Assembly: GCF_009914755.1 (NCBI RefSeq)
Contig: NC_060925.1
Direction: 5' to 3' (one strand)
From: the human T2T-CHM13v2.0 reference genome, Homo sapiens
DNA length: 64,000 nucleotides
In this document: positions 29,754-44,810 of the stretch, piece by piece
How the letters are laid out: each line of letters starts with the position of its first letter
Position numbering within the stretch: the stretch's first letter is position 1
Made by a program: the position numbers and the translations under genes
The notes under the pieces: generated by a model
Databases searched by the model: none
The model's input: only the letters and a program-made list of their open reading frames with translations
Told to the model about the DNA's origin: nothing

Positions 29754-30764
29754 CTTGGAAAATTATTAGATAATTTAAATTGAGAAGTAAAATAAGATGT
29801 ATAGTTTTAAACAATCACTCTGGACAGTGTATTAGAAAACAAGCAGAGATCACTTCAATGTTTTAAGTAATTTGTGCTAAAGCCTAAAGCTACAACTCAG
29901 ATAGTTAGAAATGTCAAACTATTTTAAAATATGTTGCTTCAACCTATTTATTAATATGTTGAGATTGCAAAGTGTCTCAAATGCTTACTTGAGAATAAAG
30001 GCCAAAATTGAGTAGTCAGTCACAACGTTAGGACTATTTCTTTGTTCCAAATTCAAAGGCACTCTTATTTGCATTCAGTATATATGCATTTTTTTTATTT
30101 TTGAGTGCCAACCAGAAGTTTAGCTATTGAAGAGTATAGCAAAGGGAAAGGCCAACAGCAAAATTGTATTTTCCGCATTTGCAAATCACTGCAAGATCTG
30201 GTCTTTCAAAACAATTTGGATTAGGTGAAGTATGGCATCCCTGTCTTGTGTATGAATTACAGAGCTATCATTCTGCTACAGTTATGATTATATTCATTGT
30301 AAGACAGAAGGCTGAGCAATTTAAAAAGTTCTATAATACAACTTAAAAATTTATATGAAATCGCCAGTCACTTTTCTATTTTCTGTTCTTCCTCTCCTCC
30401 GTCTTCCTTCTTCCACCTCACCCTCCACACCCCCACTTCCTCCTCTGTCTTTGAAAATACGACAAAATACATTTGATAATATAAAAAAAACACAGGTTAT
30501 GCTATTTCAATAACTACAATGTAACATTAAAGTAGTTATTTGATTTTACCTTTTAAAAATACTAACCAGTCATATTTCGGACAATAATTCTAAATCTTAA
30601 TGAGAAAATGAAATACAGCTTTTTAATGATTTGCAAGCATTGATAATCAACTGTTAACAGACTACAGCATTTTTTTTTTGCTTCTATGTGAATAATCTAC
30701 TTTGTCTTTAATTCAGATTATATATGTAGAATGCTGGAAAATGTTATGTAAGAAGATGCATTTG

Positions 30765-30930
30765 TAGCCGGGCGTGATGGTGCCTGTAGTCTCAGCTATT
30801 CTGGAAGCTAAGGTGGGAGGATTGCTTGAGCCCAGGGGCATGAGGCTGCAGTGAGCCATGATTGCGTCACTACACTCCCGTGTGGGTGACACAGTGAGAC
30901 CCTGTCTATAAATAAATAAATACATAAATA
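30765..30930 (+). mobile_element. FRAM / AluJ right monomer
   Basis: Right-arm sequence only, with an (AAAT)n tail. Confidence 0.85.
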
Positions 30931-31779
30931 AGAAGTTGTGTTTAAACAAAATTTGATTTAATAAGTTTTCCTCAAATTGCCTAGTCACAATGGTATTTCA
31001 TAGCATGCTTTATTTAATTATTTTTCTTTTGTTTTACTTAGCTAAATCAATTTTCTAGGCGTGTTTTATGAGAAATGCAGTTGGATAAATTCCTTAAATT
31101 TTCTAAATGATTCATGTATGACAGTGTAAAGGTAGCTAGTTTATGATAATTTTTTCACTCCTTGAAAATGACTGTAATATTTAACTGCTGTGAAACGAAA
31201 CTGTAAATTATAATCTACATGGTGAAGAAAGAAGAAATATCTGTCAAAACACATTCAAAATTGTTAAAGATATAAGTGGATGTGTCTGGCTAAACTAGAT
31301 TTAGACCTCTTAAGCTTTTCTTAATTTTAGAAAGAAAAAAGAGCTTGATTTTTTATGTCAAAACAGAATAAAATAAAGCAAATAAGGCATTAACTTGACC
31401 AGTCTCTCTGCCATTATTTATTTTGATTATCCATCCATATCCTTTATCTAATCAAATTATATAAAATTTTAATGTGAAGAAAGAAATTTTACTGCAAGAG
31501 GAAAATAAATCTTACTAACAGATGAAACTAAACTGAAGGGAGTTCATAAACAAATGTTTTATTGGGATACTGTAATTAGCAATGACAATAGCAATACATA
31601 AAGCGTAATATGGGAGTAAAGTGATTTTTCTTCCTGCTAGGCTGTAAAAAATGTTTTTAAGGGGCATTAATACCTTTCCACTCTTAATGTAATCTTGGGC
31701 ATCAGCTCAGGTACCTTTTCTAAAAGCAGTAAGCACTTAACAAGGCATCCTATAGAAATATATCAGTAGTATTGCTCCA

Positions 31780-31974
31780 GGGGATCCCAGGCACTCGGCA
31801 GGCCGAGGCAGGAGAATCACCGGAGCCCGAGGCAGGGAGGTTGCAGCCAGCCGAGATCATGTCAGTACAGTCCAGGCTCCGCAAGAGAGGGAGACCGTAG
31901 AAAGAGGGAGACGGAGAGCGAGAGCGAGAGGGAGAGGGAGAGGGGGAGGGGGATGGGGAGGGAGAGGGAGAGGG
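31780..31974 (-). mobile_element. SVA-like 5' fragment (CCCTCT hexamers plus start of the Alu-like domain)
   Basis: The reverse strand reads (ccctct)n...ctacggtctccctctcttgcggagcctggactgtactg...caacctccctgcc...gattctcctgcctcggcctgccgagtgcctgggat. No VNTR, SINE-R or poly(A) follows. Confidence 0.85.
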
Positions 31975-32087
31975 CCAGTCTTCGTTTTTTATCAAGCACG
32001 AATTATACAACCTTGTTATTCTTTGGAGAATGTTTAATATCTTAAAATAATTATTTTTTAAGTGTGTGTGAATATCTGCTCTATTGA

Positions 32088-32895
<808 letters not shown>

Positions 32896-34369
32896 GATTT
32901 TTCTTTTATTTGTTGCTGCAGCCTCTAGGTTATATAATTGCTCCTTATTTTTTTGCCACCACATTAAGCTTTTATTGCTAGCAGTGAGTATTTGTTAAGT
33001 ATGTACTTTGAATAGAGAATGGAATACAGTATGTTTAGAAAATGCTTGTTTTCTAACGCATATAAGCTGAAGAATTTTGAAATGTAACAAACAACAAGAT
33101 AAAGCTTCTAATATATATCAGGCATTCTACCAGCATTTTCTTTAATCCAGAAAACAGCTTATAAATTAAATATTACTAATGACACATTAAAGAAAAAGAA
33201 ACTAAGATACATACAGATTAAATAAGTTGCCAGTATTTATATGATTACTAAGTGTAAACCAAGATCTTTATTCATTTATTCATTCTCACATTCAAAGATT
33301 AGGAAAAATTGATCCTGCATTTCTGCATGACAACACTTGTGTTGGTGCTCACCAGGCTACCCACCACTCCTCATTGTCTTCTCCTGGGCATGCTTTCTTC
33401 CTTATGGAATCTGCCTAGTCTCCCAATGAGCCCGGTAATAGCCCAGTACACGTAGGCTAACCTTGTTATTCCAAAAATCCCTCTAGGGTAGTTCCCAAAG
33501 TTGTAAACTTCTAAAAAGTTTCAACATTGATATGGAGTTCCAAAAAAGTCAAGGACAAATCTGTATGGCTCCTTGGAATATCCATTTTTGCATACATTTA
33601 TCTAGGAAGGCTTATGAAGCCTCTTCTACTACAAGAATCTCCTGATGAACAAGAAAGTAAGAAGGAATTACAAGGTTATCTGCATTTGTGAATTACTCAT
33701 AGTTGTGAAAAACTACAAAAGAACTATAGGGAATGATTGTTCTAAACCTATTCACCCTTCAATTTAATAACTCATAGAGAATTAAGATATTAATTCATTC
33801 AATGACAAATATCTATTCAACACTCATTGTGAACCTTGCACTGTGCAATGTGCTGGAGATTCCTTGGAAAACAGGTTGAATATAATCTCTGCTCTCATGC
33901 AGCACAAGTTGGTGGGGGAACAAAACAACACACAAATAAGCAAATAAAAATATATTACTGCAGATTGTGAGAAGTGATGGAACAGAGTGCCATGATAAGA
34001 AACGGTATAAAAGTCCTTATTTTAGTTTTGGTGGTCAGGGAAGGTACGTTTGAGGATATGACATTGGAGCTGAGACTAGAAAAATGAGAAGGAGCCAGGG
34101 GATAGGGAGGAAGAATTCTAAGCACAGCTAATTGTAAGAGCAATGTGAAGTGAGGAGAAAGTCTGGGCCTGTTCCAAGGATGGATAGAAAGCTAAAATAG
34201 ATGAAGTTTCCTGAAAAAGGAAGATTGAAGCAGAAAATGAGGTAATAAATTATTGCCAACAGTTTATTTCATAAATTTAACTAAAATTTCCTGGCATATT
34301 TACAGATTACAAGATGCCCAGTAGATTCTGCCAGCTTTCTATTGCTTAAAAGTGAATAAAAAGACAAAC

Positions 34370-35250
34370 ACAGCAATTAAAAAAAAAGGATAAAAGATTT
34401 GAACAGACACTTCGCAAAAAAGATACAAGATGGCCAATAGCATATGAAAAGATGCTCAACATCATTATTCAGAAAGAAAATACAAAATAAGACTACCAGG
34501 AGATAAAACTAGCCATATAAATACATATAGCTATAAAAACTAACAATGTCATGTTGGGAAAGACGTGGAACAACTGGAACTCTTGCACATTGCTTGTGGG
34601 TACAACTACTTTAGAAAATAATGTGGCAGTTTCTTATAAAAGTAAACGTACACTTACCTTATGATACAGCAATTCCACTACTACATATTTGCCCAAAATA
34701 AGTAAAAATATATATCTACAGAAAAGCTTGCACATGAATGTTCATAGCAGCTTCATTGGTAAGAGCCAAAAATGAGAAGTAATGCAAATGTGCATCAACA
34801 TGTGGTACCTGAATACAATAGTATATTAGCAATAGGAAGGACAAAATCATACACACAACTCTATGGATGAGTCTCAAAAACGTGCTGAGAGAAAGAGCAG
34901 ATATATACACAACATGTACACATGTACATAACATGTCATACATACATAACGTGTGTGTGATGATTGTATTTACATGAAATTTTAGAATGGACAAAACTGT
35001 GTAGTGACAGGAAGTGAAAGCTGATGAGGCCAGCAGTTGCCTGGGTGTAAGGGTAGGAAAATGTTACTGCAAAAGGTCACAAGGGAACTCTTTGGGGTGA
35101 TGCAAATATTCTAAATCTTGATTGTGATGGTGGTTACATGGATATACGTATTTGTCAGGACTCATTAAACTGTAAAGTGGGTACATTTTTAAAAATGAGT
35201 ACATTTTCTTATATGAATATTACACCTCAGTAAAATTTGTTTTAAAAAAC
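34370..35250 (+). mobile_element. Old L1MC/MD/ME 3' fragment
   Basis: ttgaacagacacttcgcaaaaaagatacaagatggccaatagcatatgaaaagatgctcaacatc marks the ORF2 C-terminus, followed by the 3' UTR. Confidence 0.8.
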
Positions 35251-35438
35251 AGTCAATGGATTTGTTTCTGTTAACGTTTATCATTATTGTTTATAGGATC
35301 TTTTCTCCATAGTAAACTAAATAAAATGTTTCCTGTATTTCTTTTAAAATATTGACTTATTTTATTTTTCACCAGTCCTCACTAAGGTTTTTTTTCGTTT
35401 GTTTGTTTTTGTTTTTGTTTTTTAATTATTAGCATTTT

Positions 35439-35760
<322 letters not shown>

Positions 35761-36303
35761 TTATTAGCATTTTATATTATATGGTACAGAGCTATGAGAA
35801 AAATAAAGCTTTCTTCTGAACTAGATTAATTGACTGGCATTAAGGAGACTTTTGCCATATATATATTTTTAATTTGGGGTATTGTTGTTAAGGAGTGAAA
35901 ACTATGGATATTCGGGGGAATTATACTGAAAGTCTTTTAATTATTCTCATATTTTAGATTTCTTATGTGTTTAAGATTACATATGCCTAAAGTGAATGTT
36001 TTAAAGTTCCCTAAAAACATATAGCCTGGGTCAAAGCTTAAGTCCTAATACTTTCTTGAAAAAGCAATGTTAGGGTAGCAACAGTGAGGGAAAAAGAAGT
36101 GATTCAGGGGAGGAGAAAATGTAGTACATCGTCCAGGAATCCACAGCTTTAGAACAAAGCACCTTTTGCTTCCTCACTAACACTAAGGACGTATTCCACG
36201 CAGGTCGTAAGGTAACCCCTGCTACTCAGGAAAGTGTGAGATAGAAAGACAGGACAGGAATTTATCTGCTGGCTTTTTTATTTTTCTCATTACTCTAAGT
36301 TTG

Positions 36304-37300
36304 TGTGGAGGTAAAGCAACTCCATCTTGAATGCTACTCAGATGTGTTGACTGACTTACCACAAATTCTGTCCTTGAGCAAATTACTTCAATTGTCTTAC
36401 AAATTCCTTTTGAAGCACGTTACCCTTTCCCTATGGTAAAAAAAAAAAAAAAAAACAAAAACCCTGGGTCTGAGGGAGAATGGTGCAGGGATCCACCATA
36501 TCCTCTCACCACCACCAGAGATATGGCTAATATTCCTAAGTCAACTGAAGAATGACAAGGTTCGTAAATTGTCAACTGAAGAATGACAAGGTTCATAAAT
36601 TTGGAGAGGAGAGCTTTATTTCTCATAAAGGGCTGCAGCCTTCAGGGTGCCATTCTGACAGGCTGGGAATTGTAGCCTATAGCCAGAAACCAGAAACGGA
36701 CACTTCCAGGGAGGGAAAACTGGAACAGGAATCTATGTTGGGCAGGGTGGCAAGTGTACACATTCCATAAGGTATGGGAGGAGTCATGTATATTTGTGAA
36801 AGGAGAACTATGCTTATGTGCAGTTGAGCGTCTCAGCCCTCATGGGTCCCACATACAAAAAAACAGCAGCATTAGCATGATCCGAGGGTAGAGTTTTCGG
36901 CCCTCTGACGCCAAAAGATGAAGCAGAGGACATGAAAATCCTTACGGCCCGTTCTCCATAGACTGGTCAGTACTACTCCGGGGTCGGTGGTCTTTTTTCA
37001 GGTGGTTGGTTGATATCTGTGGTAGAGTCCTTTGAGAGGGCTCCTTTCTTTTTAGCCCCTAGGAAGGAAAGCCTAATGGTGGTTAGCCATTAGTAAGGGA
37101 GGGGGTCTAATGAGTGGTGTCCAACCTCCTATCCTGTCATGGCTGAGAATTCAGTTTTCAAGGTTTCTCTGGGGTCCAACTTGGCCAAGAAACGGTCCAT
37201 TCAGTCTGTTGGGGGGTGTAGAATTTTATTTTTAGTTTACACTATTAAATGTTTCTTTCTGAGAAACTGGATTTGTCAACCTCTTTCTTCTGTCTCTCGC
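36304..37300 (+). mobile_element. ERV1 LTR (MER39-like), interrupted by a second LTR
   Basis: Starts tgtggaggtaaagcaactccatcttg, breaks at ~36540 and resumes at ~37242 with ctattaaatgtttctttctgagaaactggatttgtca. Confidence 0.6.
36570..37241 (-). mobile_element. MER4-group ERV1 solo LTR nested in opposite orientation
   Basis: The reverse strand runs TGTAAACTAAAAATAAAATTCTA...AATAAAGCTCTCC...TTCAGTTGACA, with TG...CA termini. Confidence 0.75.
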
Positions 37301-38217
37301 TGCTGAACAATGAGGCATCACACCCCACACTTCTGAGTTGTGTCATTAGCTGCTCGGGAAGTTCTGTCTCAGGCATTCCACAGAACTTCATCTGATTATG
37401 GACATGATGGGAAGAACCACAGCCCCTATGTGTCCCTTCAATGTAGGTCTGGACACTTGGGCTGCTGCAGGTCCCCTTGTGACTAGGAAGTGAGGGCTGT
37501 GCTGGAGCCCAGCTGACACCTGGGAAGGCTGAGACAGCCAGCAGTGTAAGCAGATGAGGCCCCAGAGGGACAGTGATGTGGAAGTGTTCCAATGAGCAGG
37601 CTATCAAAGCAGACTTGAATGTGAGGATCTGGACAGGTGCACACAGTGGATTCTATGCTCTGAATTAGAACAGTCTAGAAGGCAATTGAGCATTTGAAAC
37701 TGTAACATAACGTTACAATTTTTTTTTCAATTTTTTTTTTGAAATTGCATAGTGGTGGTCGGAAAAGAAAGGAAAATTTTTCCTTCTGGACTATTTTGGG
37801 AAAGGGGTTTATTGCTTCAAGCTAATAATGATATTTGGAAACTAATTGTGGATTTATCCTAAAGAAAACAATCTACAGGCCTTTCTCATGAAGGTTCAAA
37901 TTAAATTACTTTTAATGTCATTATTATACTCTGTATCCACCCTGAGTCCACTTATACTACTTCATCAAATGACAGAATTGTACATTTCAGAGTATTAATC
38001 TGCAAAACCAATATTGAGGTTCTGGTTTGTTCACATTTGCAACACAGTCCTCAGTTAAAAATGAAAAAACAGAAAGAACCACTGCAACATCTAACATCAT
38101 TTTTATGTACGCAAGATGTTGTGCTAACATAAGTTTTAAATCAAAGCTGTACAACACCTTAACCAATACAGATTTAATAAAGTTTAAATGGAGATATAAT
38201 TCTCATAAGTGAACTAC

Positions 38218-38545
38218 ATTTTATTTTTATTTATTTACATTTTAGAAACAGGGTCTTACTCTGTTGCCCAGGCTAGAGTGCAGTGGTGTCATCATAGCTC
38301 ACTGCAGCCTCAAACTCCTGGGCTCAAGCAGTCATCCTGCCTCAGACTCCTGAGTAGCTGGAGCTACAGACAAGTACCACGACACCCAGCTGATTTTTAA
38401 ATTATTGTTATTATTATTATTTTTAGTAGAGACAAAGGTTTCCCTGTGTGGCCTAGGCTGGTCTCCAACTCCTGAGCTCAAGCAGTCCTTTCGCCTTGGC
38501 CCCCCGAAGTGCTGGGATTACAGGCATGAGCCACCAGGCTTGGCC
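38218..38545 (-). mobile_element. AluJ
   Basis: Diverged antisense dimer. Confidence 0.88.
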
Positions 38546-39999
38546 TTATACAATGTATGAAATGCTACAGCATTTGTAAGTAAACTAGTCTTACTTAACT
38601 TACAATTTTTGACATATCAACACTTTTCCATGTAGAGTTTTATAATTGTTTCGTTTCCTTAAAGTACACTTGTGCTAGTGTTTGATAAAACCCCTTTAGT
38701 TATACGGTTCTAAGAAAAAAACTGCATAGTCTTAGCAAAGAAGAAAAGTTCGAGCATCAGTAAAACCTTATATGCTGCTTCTCCATTTCTCCTCAAAATT
38801 TGTTTTCATTTTAGGGCAAGCACATCTGCATGTACTTTCCTGATTCTTTCAGTTCCCAAGTATTCTAATTTTATTTTATTTTTTCATCAAGAATAAACCA
38901 GAAAAAAATACCTTGTTTCAGTTTTTGTAATGCTAGGAAACTTTCATTATTTCAGAGGAAAATTCTGGGGCACATGTAAAGTCATGGGTTGCCTTGGGAA
39001 ACAAATTCTATTAAACATTCCAGGTCTATTTAGCACAGGTAAATATAATCAGGATGAATTGCATAATTATGCATAAAATGCCAGATATTTTATACAAATG
39101 GGAAAAGATGAGATATGAGAAAGTAAGACTAGAGAAATAAGGTTACAAAACTGGTCAGTGACCAAAGGAGGTCTAGAATTTGGAAAATCTATGGCTGACT
39201 ACGTTTTTGTTCTCCCCAAGCCCATTTTATTGCAAATAAATTTTTGCTTAGATCTGACCTTAAACTTCAATGAAGGGAGAAAAAAATATTCCCTGTAGGC
39301 TAATTTAGAGTTATCTCAGCAGTGTTTACCTCCATCCAGCAGTGTTTACATTTCATTCTAAGGTTGGCAAAGCAGGGATTTCTAGATCAAAAGCTCAATA
39401 TCTTTGAGTCTTTAATCAATATAGAAGTTAGTTTCAGAGAAACTATCCTATTTGATTACAATTTATGTTCTGTGCTTTGGATTCATTTCTATAATTAAAA
39501 ATTATACCAGGCACTTTTCACTGGATACACATACATTTGCACACACGTGCTTGTGCACATACACACCAGCGTATACACTCAGATGACATCACAAATCTTG
39601 GTCATGAAAAACTGGGTAGGTCTTCCTGGGGCAAAATGCAGATAATGGATAACAAAGAGAGACTGTATTTGTGTCACCATTCTTTATATCCTAGGTGAGA
39701 TTACTCCTGTCTCCAATTCTCAATTATTAATTCTGATTTTTTGCACATGAATTACTCTGAAAGTTACAATTTGAAATTGGGTAGAAAATCCTTAATAACA
39801 TTACTGACTCATTGGTAATTAAATATGGAGCTTCCATATTTAATTCAAGTAATTCCCAAACTTGAAAGGAAGAACTACTAATGAAGGTTTTTATGCATAA
39901 GATAATACACTGTTTACTAATGTTCAAACCACACAAATACTTGTGAAGCTACAAAAATTTAGTCAATATATTTAAAATCTATTATTAAAATATGTTATC

Positions 40000-40330
40000 A
40001 GCCCAGCTAAGTGGCTCACACTTGTAATCCAAGCACTTTGGGAGGCTGAGGTGGGAAGATCACTTTAGACCAGGAGTGGAGTTTTGACACCAGCCTGGTC
40101 AACAGAGTGAGACCCAGGCTCTACCAAAAAAAAAAAAAAAAATTAGACACTCATGGTGGAGCATGCCTGTAGTCCCAGTTAGTTGGGAGGCTGAGGTGGG
40201 AGAATTGCTTGAGCTCAGGAGTTCGATGCTGCAAGGAGCTATGATTGCATCATTGTGCTCCACCCAGGGCTCTGCAAGACCCTGTCTAAAAAATAAATTT
40301 GAAAAATTAATTTAAAAAATAAATAAAATA
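40000..40330 (+). mobile_element. AluJ
   Basis: Diverged dimer with an A-rich linker and tail. Confidence 0.88.
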
Positions 40331-41429
40331 TGTATAAAACACTTCATGTGTTCCAAAAGAAAAAGTAGGATAAAAAAATCTGTATGCTAATTATCCAGCT
40401 TAAAAAGAAATCAATCTGAAAACAGCTAAAGCCGATTATAACTCTTTAATAGCATCATGCTTTCTTCAACTTCTGAGGCTACCACTTTTATGAAATTTTT
40501 TATTATTGCCATGAATGTAAGATTGATTATCCACACACATGTGTACTTATACATAGATTAAAGGTCTTACAATTATATATTTAAAACATTGTGCTGTGTA
40601 TATTTTTGGCATTTGTTTTTGTTCAACTTTAAATTTGTAAGGTTCACCCATATTGGTATCTATAGCTTGGATTTATTCATCTTCTCTGTTATGCAACATT
40701 TTATTATATGGATCCAGCACAATTATTTATCAATTTTCCAATTGATGGATCTTTCAGATATTTTTCTATTACAAAAAGTGCTGCAATTGTTTTATTTACT
40801 AGATGGGTTGCTGTTCTTGTGACTTGCAAAAACTTACGCAAGTTTTTTTTTTTTAGTTCTATTTGTGGATGTTTATCTATGGTCTGTCATATTTTTTTCA
40901 AGCACATTTATTTCCTTCCATCACTTATGAATTCAAATTCAGAATTATGTGTATATATACTGCCATATATTTCATTTACATAAAGGAAAGAAATGAGATA
41001 TTTTATAAACCAAATTAGGGAAGAACTCAGAGGGGAGCAGAAGAGAAGAAATTGTTTGGTTAGTTGGTTTTAATTATTTTAATTTTCCCCCACTGCTCTA
41101 CCCTTGCAACCTAAAACTGTACCTAGAAAGAGCTTAATACATTTTTGTTAAACTAATGAATAAATTTATAAATATTATTAGTATTTTGTAGTTTGGGAGT
41201 CTAACTTAAAATAGCTTCTGTATTTTTTTTTGTTTCCAAACTTTCTATTAAAATAAGAAAAAGACAATGCTCACACTACCATTAACACCTAGGATGACAG
41301 TAACTCTACTGCTAGAATCTGAGAAGAATATTTGTCATCCATAGGCTAATACAACCAGTTGGAAAAATGCGATGGATAATCCATTGGTGAGAGAACATCT
41401 GAAGTGGTACTTTGCTATCTTCTAAAGGT

Positions 41430-41641
41430 GGGTTGAGAGCTATGGTGCATGAGAGCCAGACTGCTCATAATGGTTTGTCAAGTCAAGAGCTGCATTATCA
41501 GGAATTTTGAAAGTTGCTTGTTAAACTACTTAAATCTTGAAATCAGCCATGGTGAGAGTGTTTACTCCCATTTCGATGGGATCATCACAGGCTACAAATC
41601 AGGACTCTCCCCTTTTGTTAAACATTTATGAACACATTACT
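41430..41641. mobile_element. MER63-like hAT-Blackjack fragment
   Basis: aaatcagccatggtgagagtgtttac...ctacaaatcagg...gttaaacattta. Confidence 0.55.
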
Positions 41642-42370
41642 CATCCTATCTTTACTTCCTTCCTCTGCATTACACCAATCAGAATTCTAAATGTCTGTTA
41701 TGCTACTACACATGTACTGCTTTTAAGGCAGCAGGAATATTTTTGAGCCCTTCACTTGTGCTTGTCTTTTTTTGTTGTTCAACTGGATACTATAAATTCC
41801 AGAAAACAATGTGGGGAGAAATAGAGCAAGAGGGCCTACACTGGCACAAGGTGCCAATAAGTTGTGGGTGGGTTTAAAGTCTTATAGGTCAGACATGATT
41901 TGGGGAGGGGATGGGTGGACCAGTCAAGCCCACCTTGAATAGAATTGCATTCCCAAATCATACAGCTACTTAGTAGAGAAGTAATGGGATGGATGTTGGA
42001 AACCAACCAAGATGTTTACTTCAGCCTAGCTTACCCTACTGAAATTGACTCATTCTATCCACTCAACCTGATTTCTCAGGATTCTATAATATGCACCAAA
42101 ATTGGGTTATTTTTACAATATTCTTATTCTTCAAACTGTTTCCTTTACATAGATCATGACCTCATTTACCCTAATTTACCTATTTACCTTTGATCCTCCT
42201 TTTCCTGTCTAGTCTGATCTCTTCCTCCCCATACCCCTATAGGAAAATTACCTGTTGGTGCAGCCATGTTTATGCCTCTGTGCATTAAAAAAAGTTGTAC
42301 ACTGATATGTATTTTTCTATATTCTCATTTAAATTATCTTTCTATATCTCACATTCTTGAGACTCTAATC

Positions 42371-42664
42371 TTTTTTTTTTTCTTTTTTTTAGATAGAGTC
42401 TTGCTCTGTCACCAGCCGGAGTGCAATGGCACGATCTCGGCTCACCACAACCTCCGCCCCCTGGGTTCAAGTGATTCTCCTGCCTCAGCCTCCTGAGTAG
42501 CTGGGACTACAGGTGCACACCACGCCCAGCTACTTTTTGTATTTTTAGTAGAGACGGGGTTTCACCATATTGGCCAGGGTGGCCTCAATCTCTTGACCTT
42601 GTGATCCACTCACCTCAGCCCTCCAAAGTGCTGGGATTACAGGTGTGAGCCACCGTGCCCAGCC
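42371..42664 (-). mobile_element. AluS (Sc-like)
   Basis: Antisense dimer with TSD agactctaatcttt on both sides. Confidence 0.92.
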
Positions 42665-44574
42665 AAGACTCTAATCTTTCTATAGTGTTTGCTTAATCTA
42701 ATTCATGGTAATTTATTTCTGCGATTTCCATGTTTTCTTTTTTAATTGCTACTTTATTTTACTGAGGCTTTTCCCTACATTTTATCTGAGAGAACACTGT
42801 GGCCTGTCTTTAAGAAACAGCTTTGAAGTAGATTTACCAGGTGGTTTAATGGTAATCCCTGTCTTAGGAATAATATGATGTATATTGTTAAAATTAACAG
42901 TATATTCATTTTAACCTCAAACCTGGGATAGCCATAGGACTAAAATTTCTCTTTGGAGATATATACGTCTAAAACATAGAGCCTAGACAGAGACAGACAA
43001 ACTTCTTTGCTATCTTCCTGTGATTTTAGGCAATTAGAAAATTTAATCATCTATCAAATGTGTAGACTTTTGAGGGTACCTGCTCTGCTCCATTCTCTCA
43101 GTTCCCATTCTTTGCCATGCATAGGTTGCATAGGCCATGCTTGTCCTCTGTCTCATCTTGTAAATACAACTTGAGTTTTGAAAATACTGGGAGGAAAAGT
43201 ACATCGCCTCAGGTTCTGCTTGCATGCTTACCCTTTGGTTTTTGGTTTCCATCTTATTTCTGGTACCTACAGGTTTCCTTTTCTTTGTTGAAAACGTAGC
43301 TATGCATTTAAAACTTTTTGTTAATTGTTACCAACCCATTTTGTTATATGTTAACCATGTTATATATTACATTTAGTTATTTACACTTTTAGAGTTTCTA
43401 GTTATCTTAATCAACCATCCTGCTAAAAATTGAAGTTGCATTTTGTATATCTTTAAGAATTATTTGAAAAGATAATTTATCCTCTTAATGGGAATGACAA
43501 TGACTAGCAAGCTTATTTTGATAAAATTAGATGCTGTTTTCTATACTGCTAAAATATAATGTTTTTAAAATGTGCACCACATAAAATGTGCCACTGTACA
43601 TATGTAATGGCTTTTAATTTGTAGATTTCTTCCTAAATTTAATAAATCAATTAAAAATGTGACTTAAAGTAAAACTAAAAATGTCACAAGAGTATATGGA
43701 GACAAAATATACTAGAAGAATATAGCTTTGTGGACAATTTGGGGAAAATATGACAGGAATTTTTTCTCAATGTGTATGACTTAAATCATACTCTAGCTAA
43801 AAAGCAAGTTGTACAGGTAGTTGGATAAAGTCCTGCCAGCCTGCAACAATGCTGACATAGCAGTCACATTTCAATGTGGTTTCATAAACATTTGCGATGC
43901 TTCTAATATATGCCAGGCACTTTTCTCAGACCAGGGCATTCCAAAATACCATGATTATTTTTAATGATCTTACTTACTTACTGGAGAACCCAGTGTGAGA
44001 ACAACATATAAAAAATGCAAATCCGTAGTGACGATGCAGTACTAATAGCATGTAGAAGGGATGGATGCAATATAGGGAAGGAAGATCTCATTGAGGAGTT
44101 TGCATCCTAGCAAGAGTTTTAAAGATAATTAAGGTTTTGACATGTCAACTAGTAAGTTTCAGACACAGTGAAAGCACCCAACATGATGCACAGCTTCCTG
44201 GAAATGATACTTAGTTGAGATGATCTATATCGAAGAGTTAGGTTAATATGGTTTCAGAGTCCTAGCCAGAGAATCTTGAAAGATGAGTCCTTGCTGGTTA
44301 GTTTGATTTACCTATTCATCAAGAAGAAACAAATTCAAAAACTGAAGCAGGTCTCCCATATAAGAGAAGAACAATGATTTAGAAAATGTAAAATTTATAT
44401 GCTAGGGTTTGTTAGTTGCTGACAGAAAGTTAAGAAGAAATGTGAGTTAACTGGGGTAGACACCTGCTTTGCACCAATGTAGATGAATGTAGCATGTCGT
44501 CAGATGGTTGTATGATCAGTACTCAGTAATAGGCTTCCTTCTCTGTATATTTCATTTTTGGAGTGGTGGTTTCA

Positions 44575-44810
44575 ATTTTGGCCTCTGGAGTCACATGCCT
44601 TAGCCTCGAATCCCAGCTCCACCACTTATAAGTTCCATGACCTTAGAAAATTGCCTAACCTCTAAATGCCGCAGTTTACTCATCTGCACAGTGGGAATGA
44701 CGATAGCATCTACCTCTGGTCCTTGTGAGGATTAAGCATGTGAATGTGTGTAAAATATTTAGAAAAGAGGGTGGAATGTAGTAAATATTAGCTATTTCAA
44801 TTATTGCTAC
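44575..44810 (+). mobile_element. MIR
   Basis: tcgaatcccagctccaccactta...ccttagaaaattgcctaacctct...cagtttactcatctg. Confidence 0.8.
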
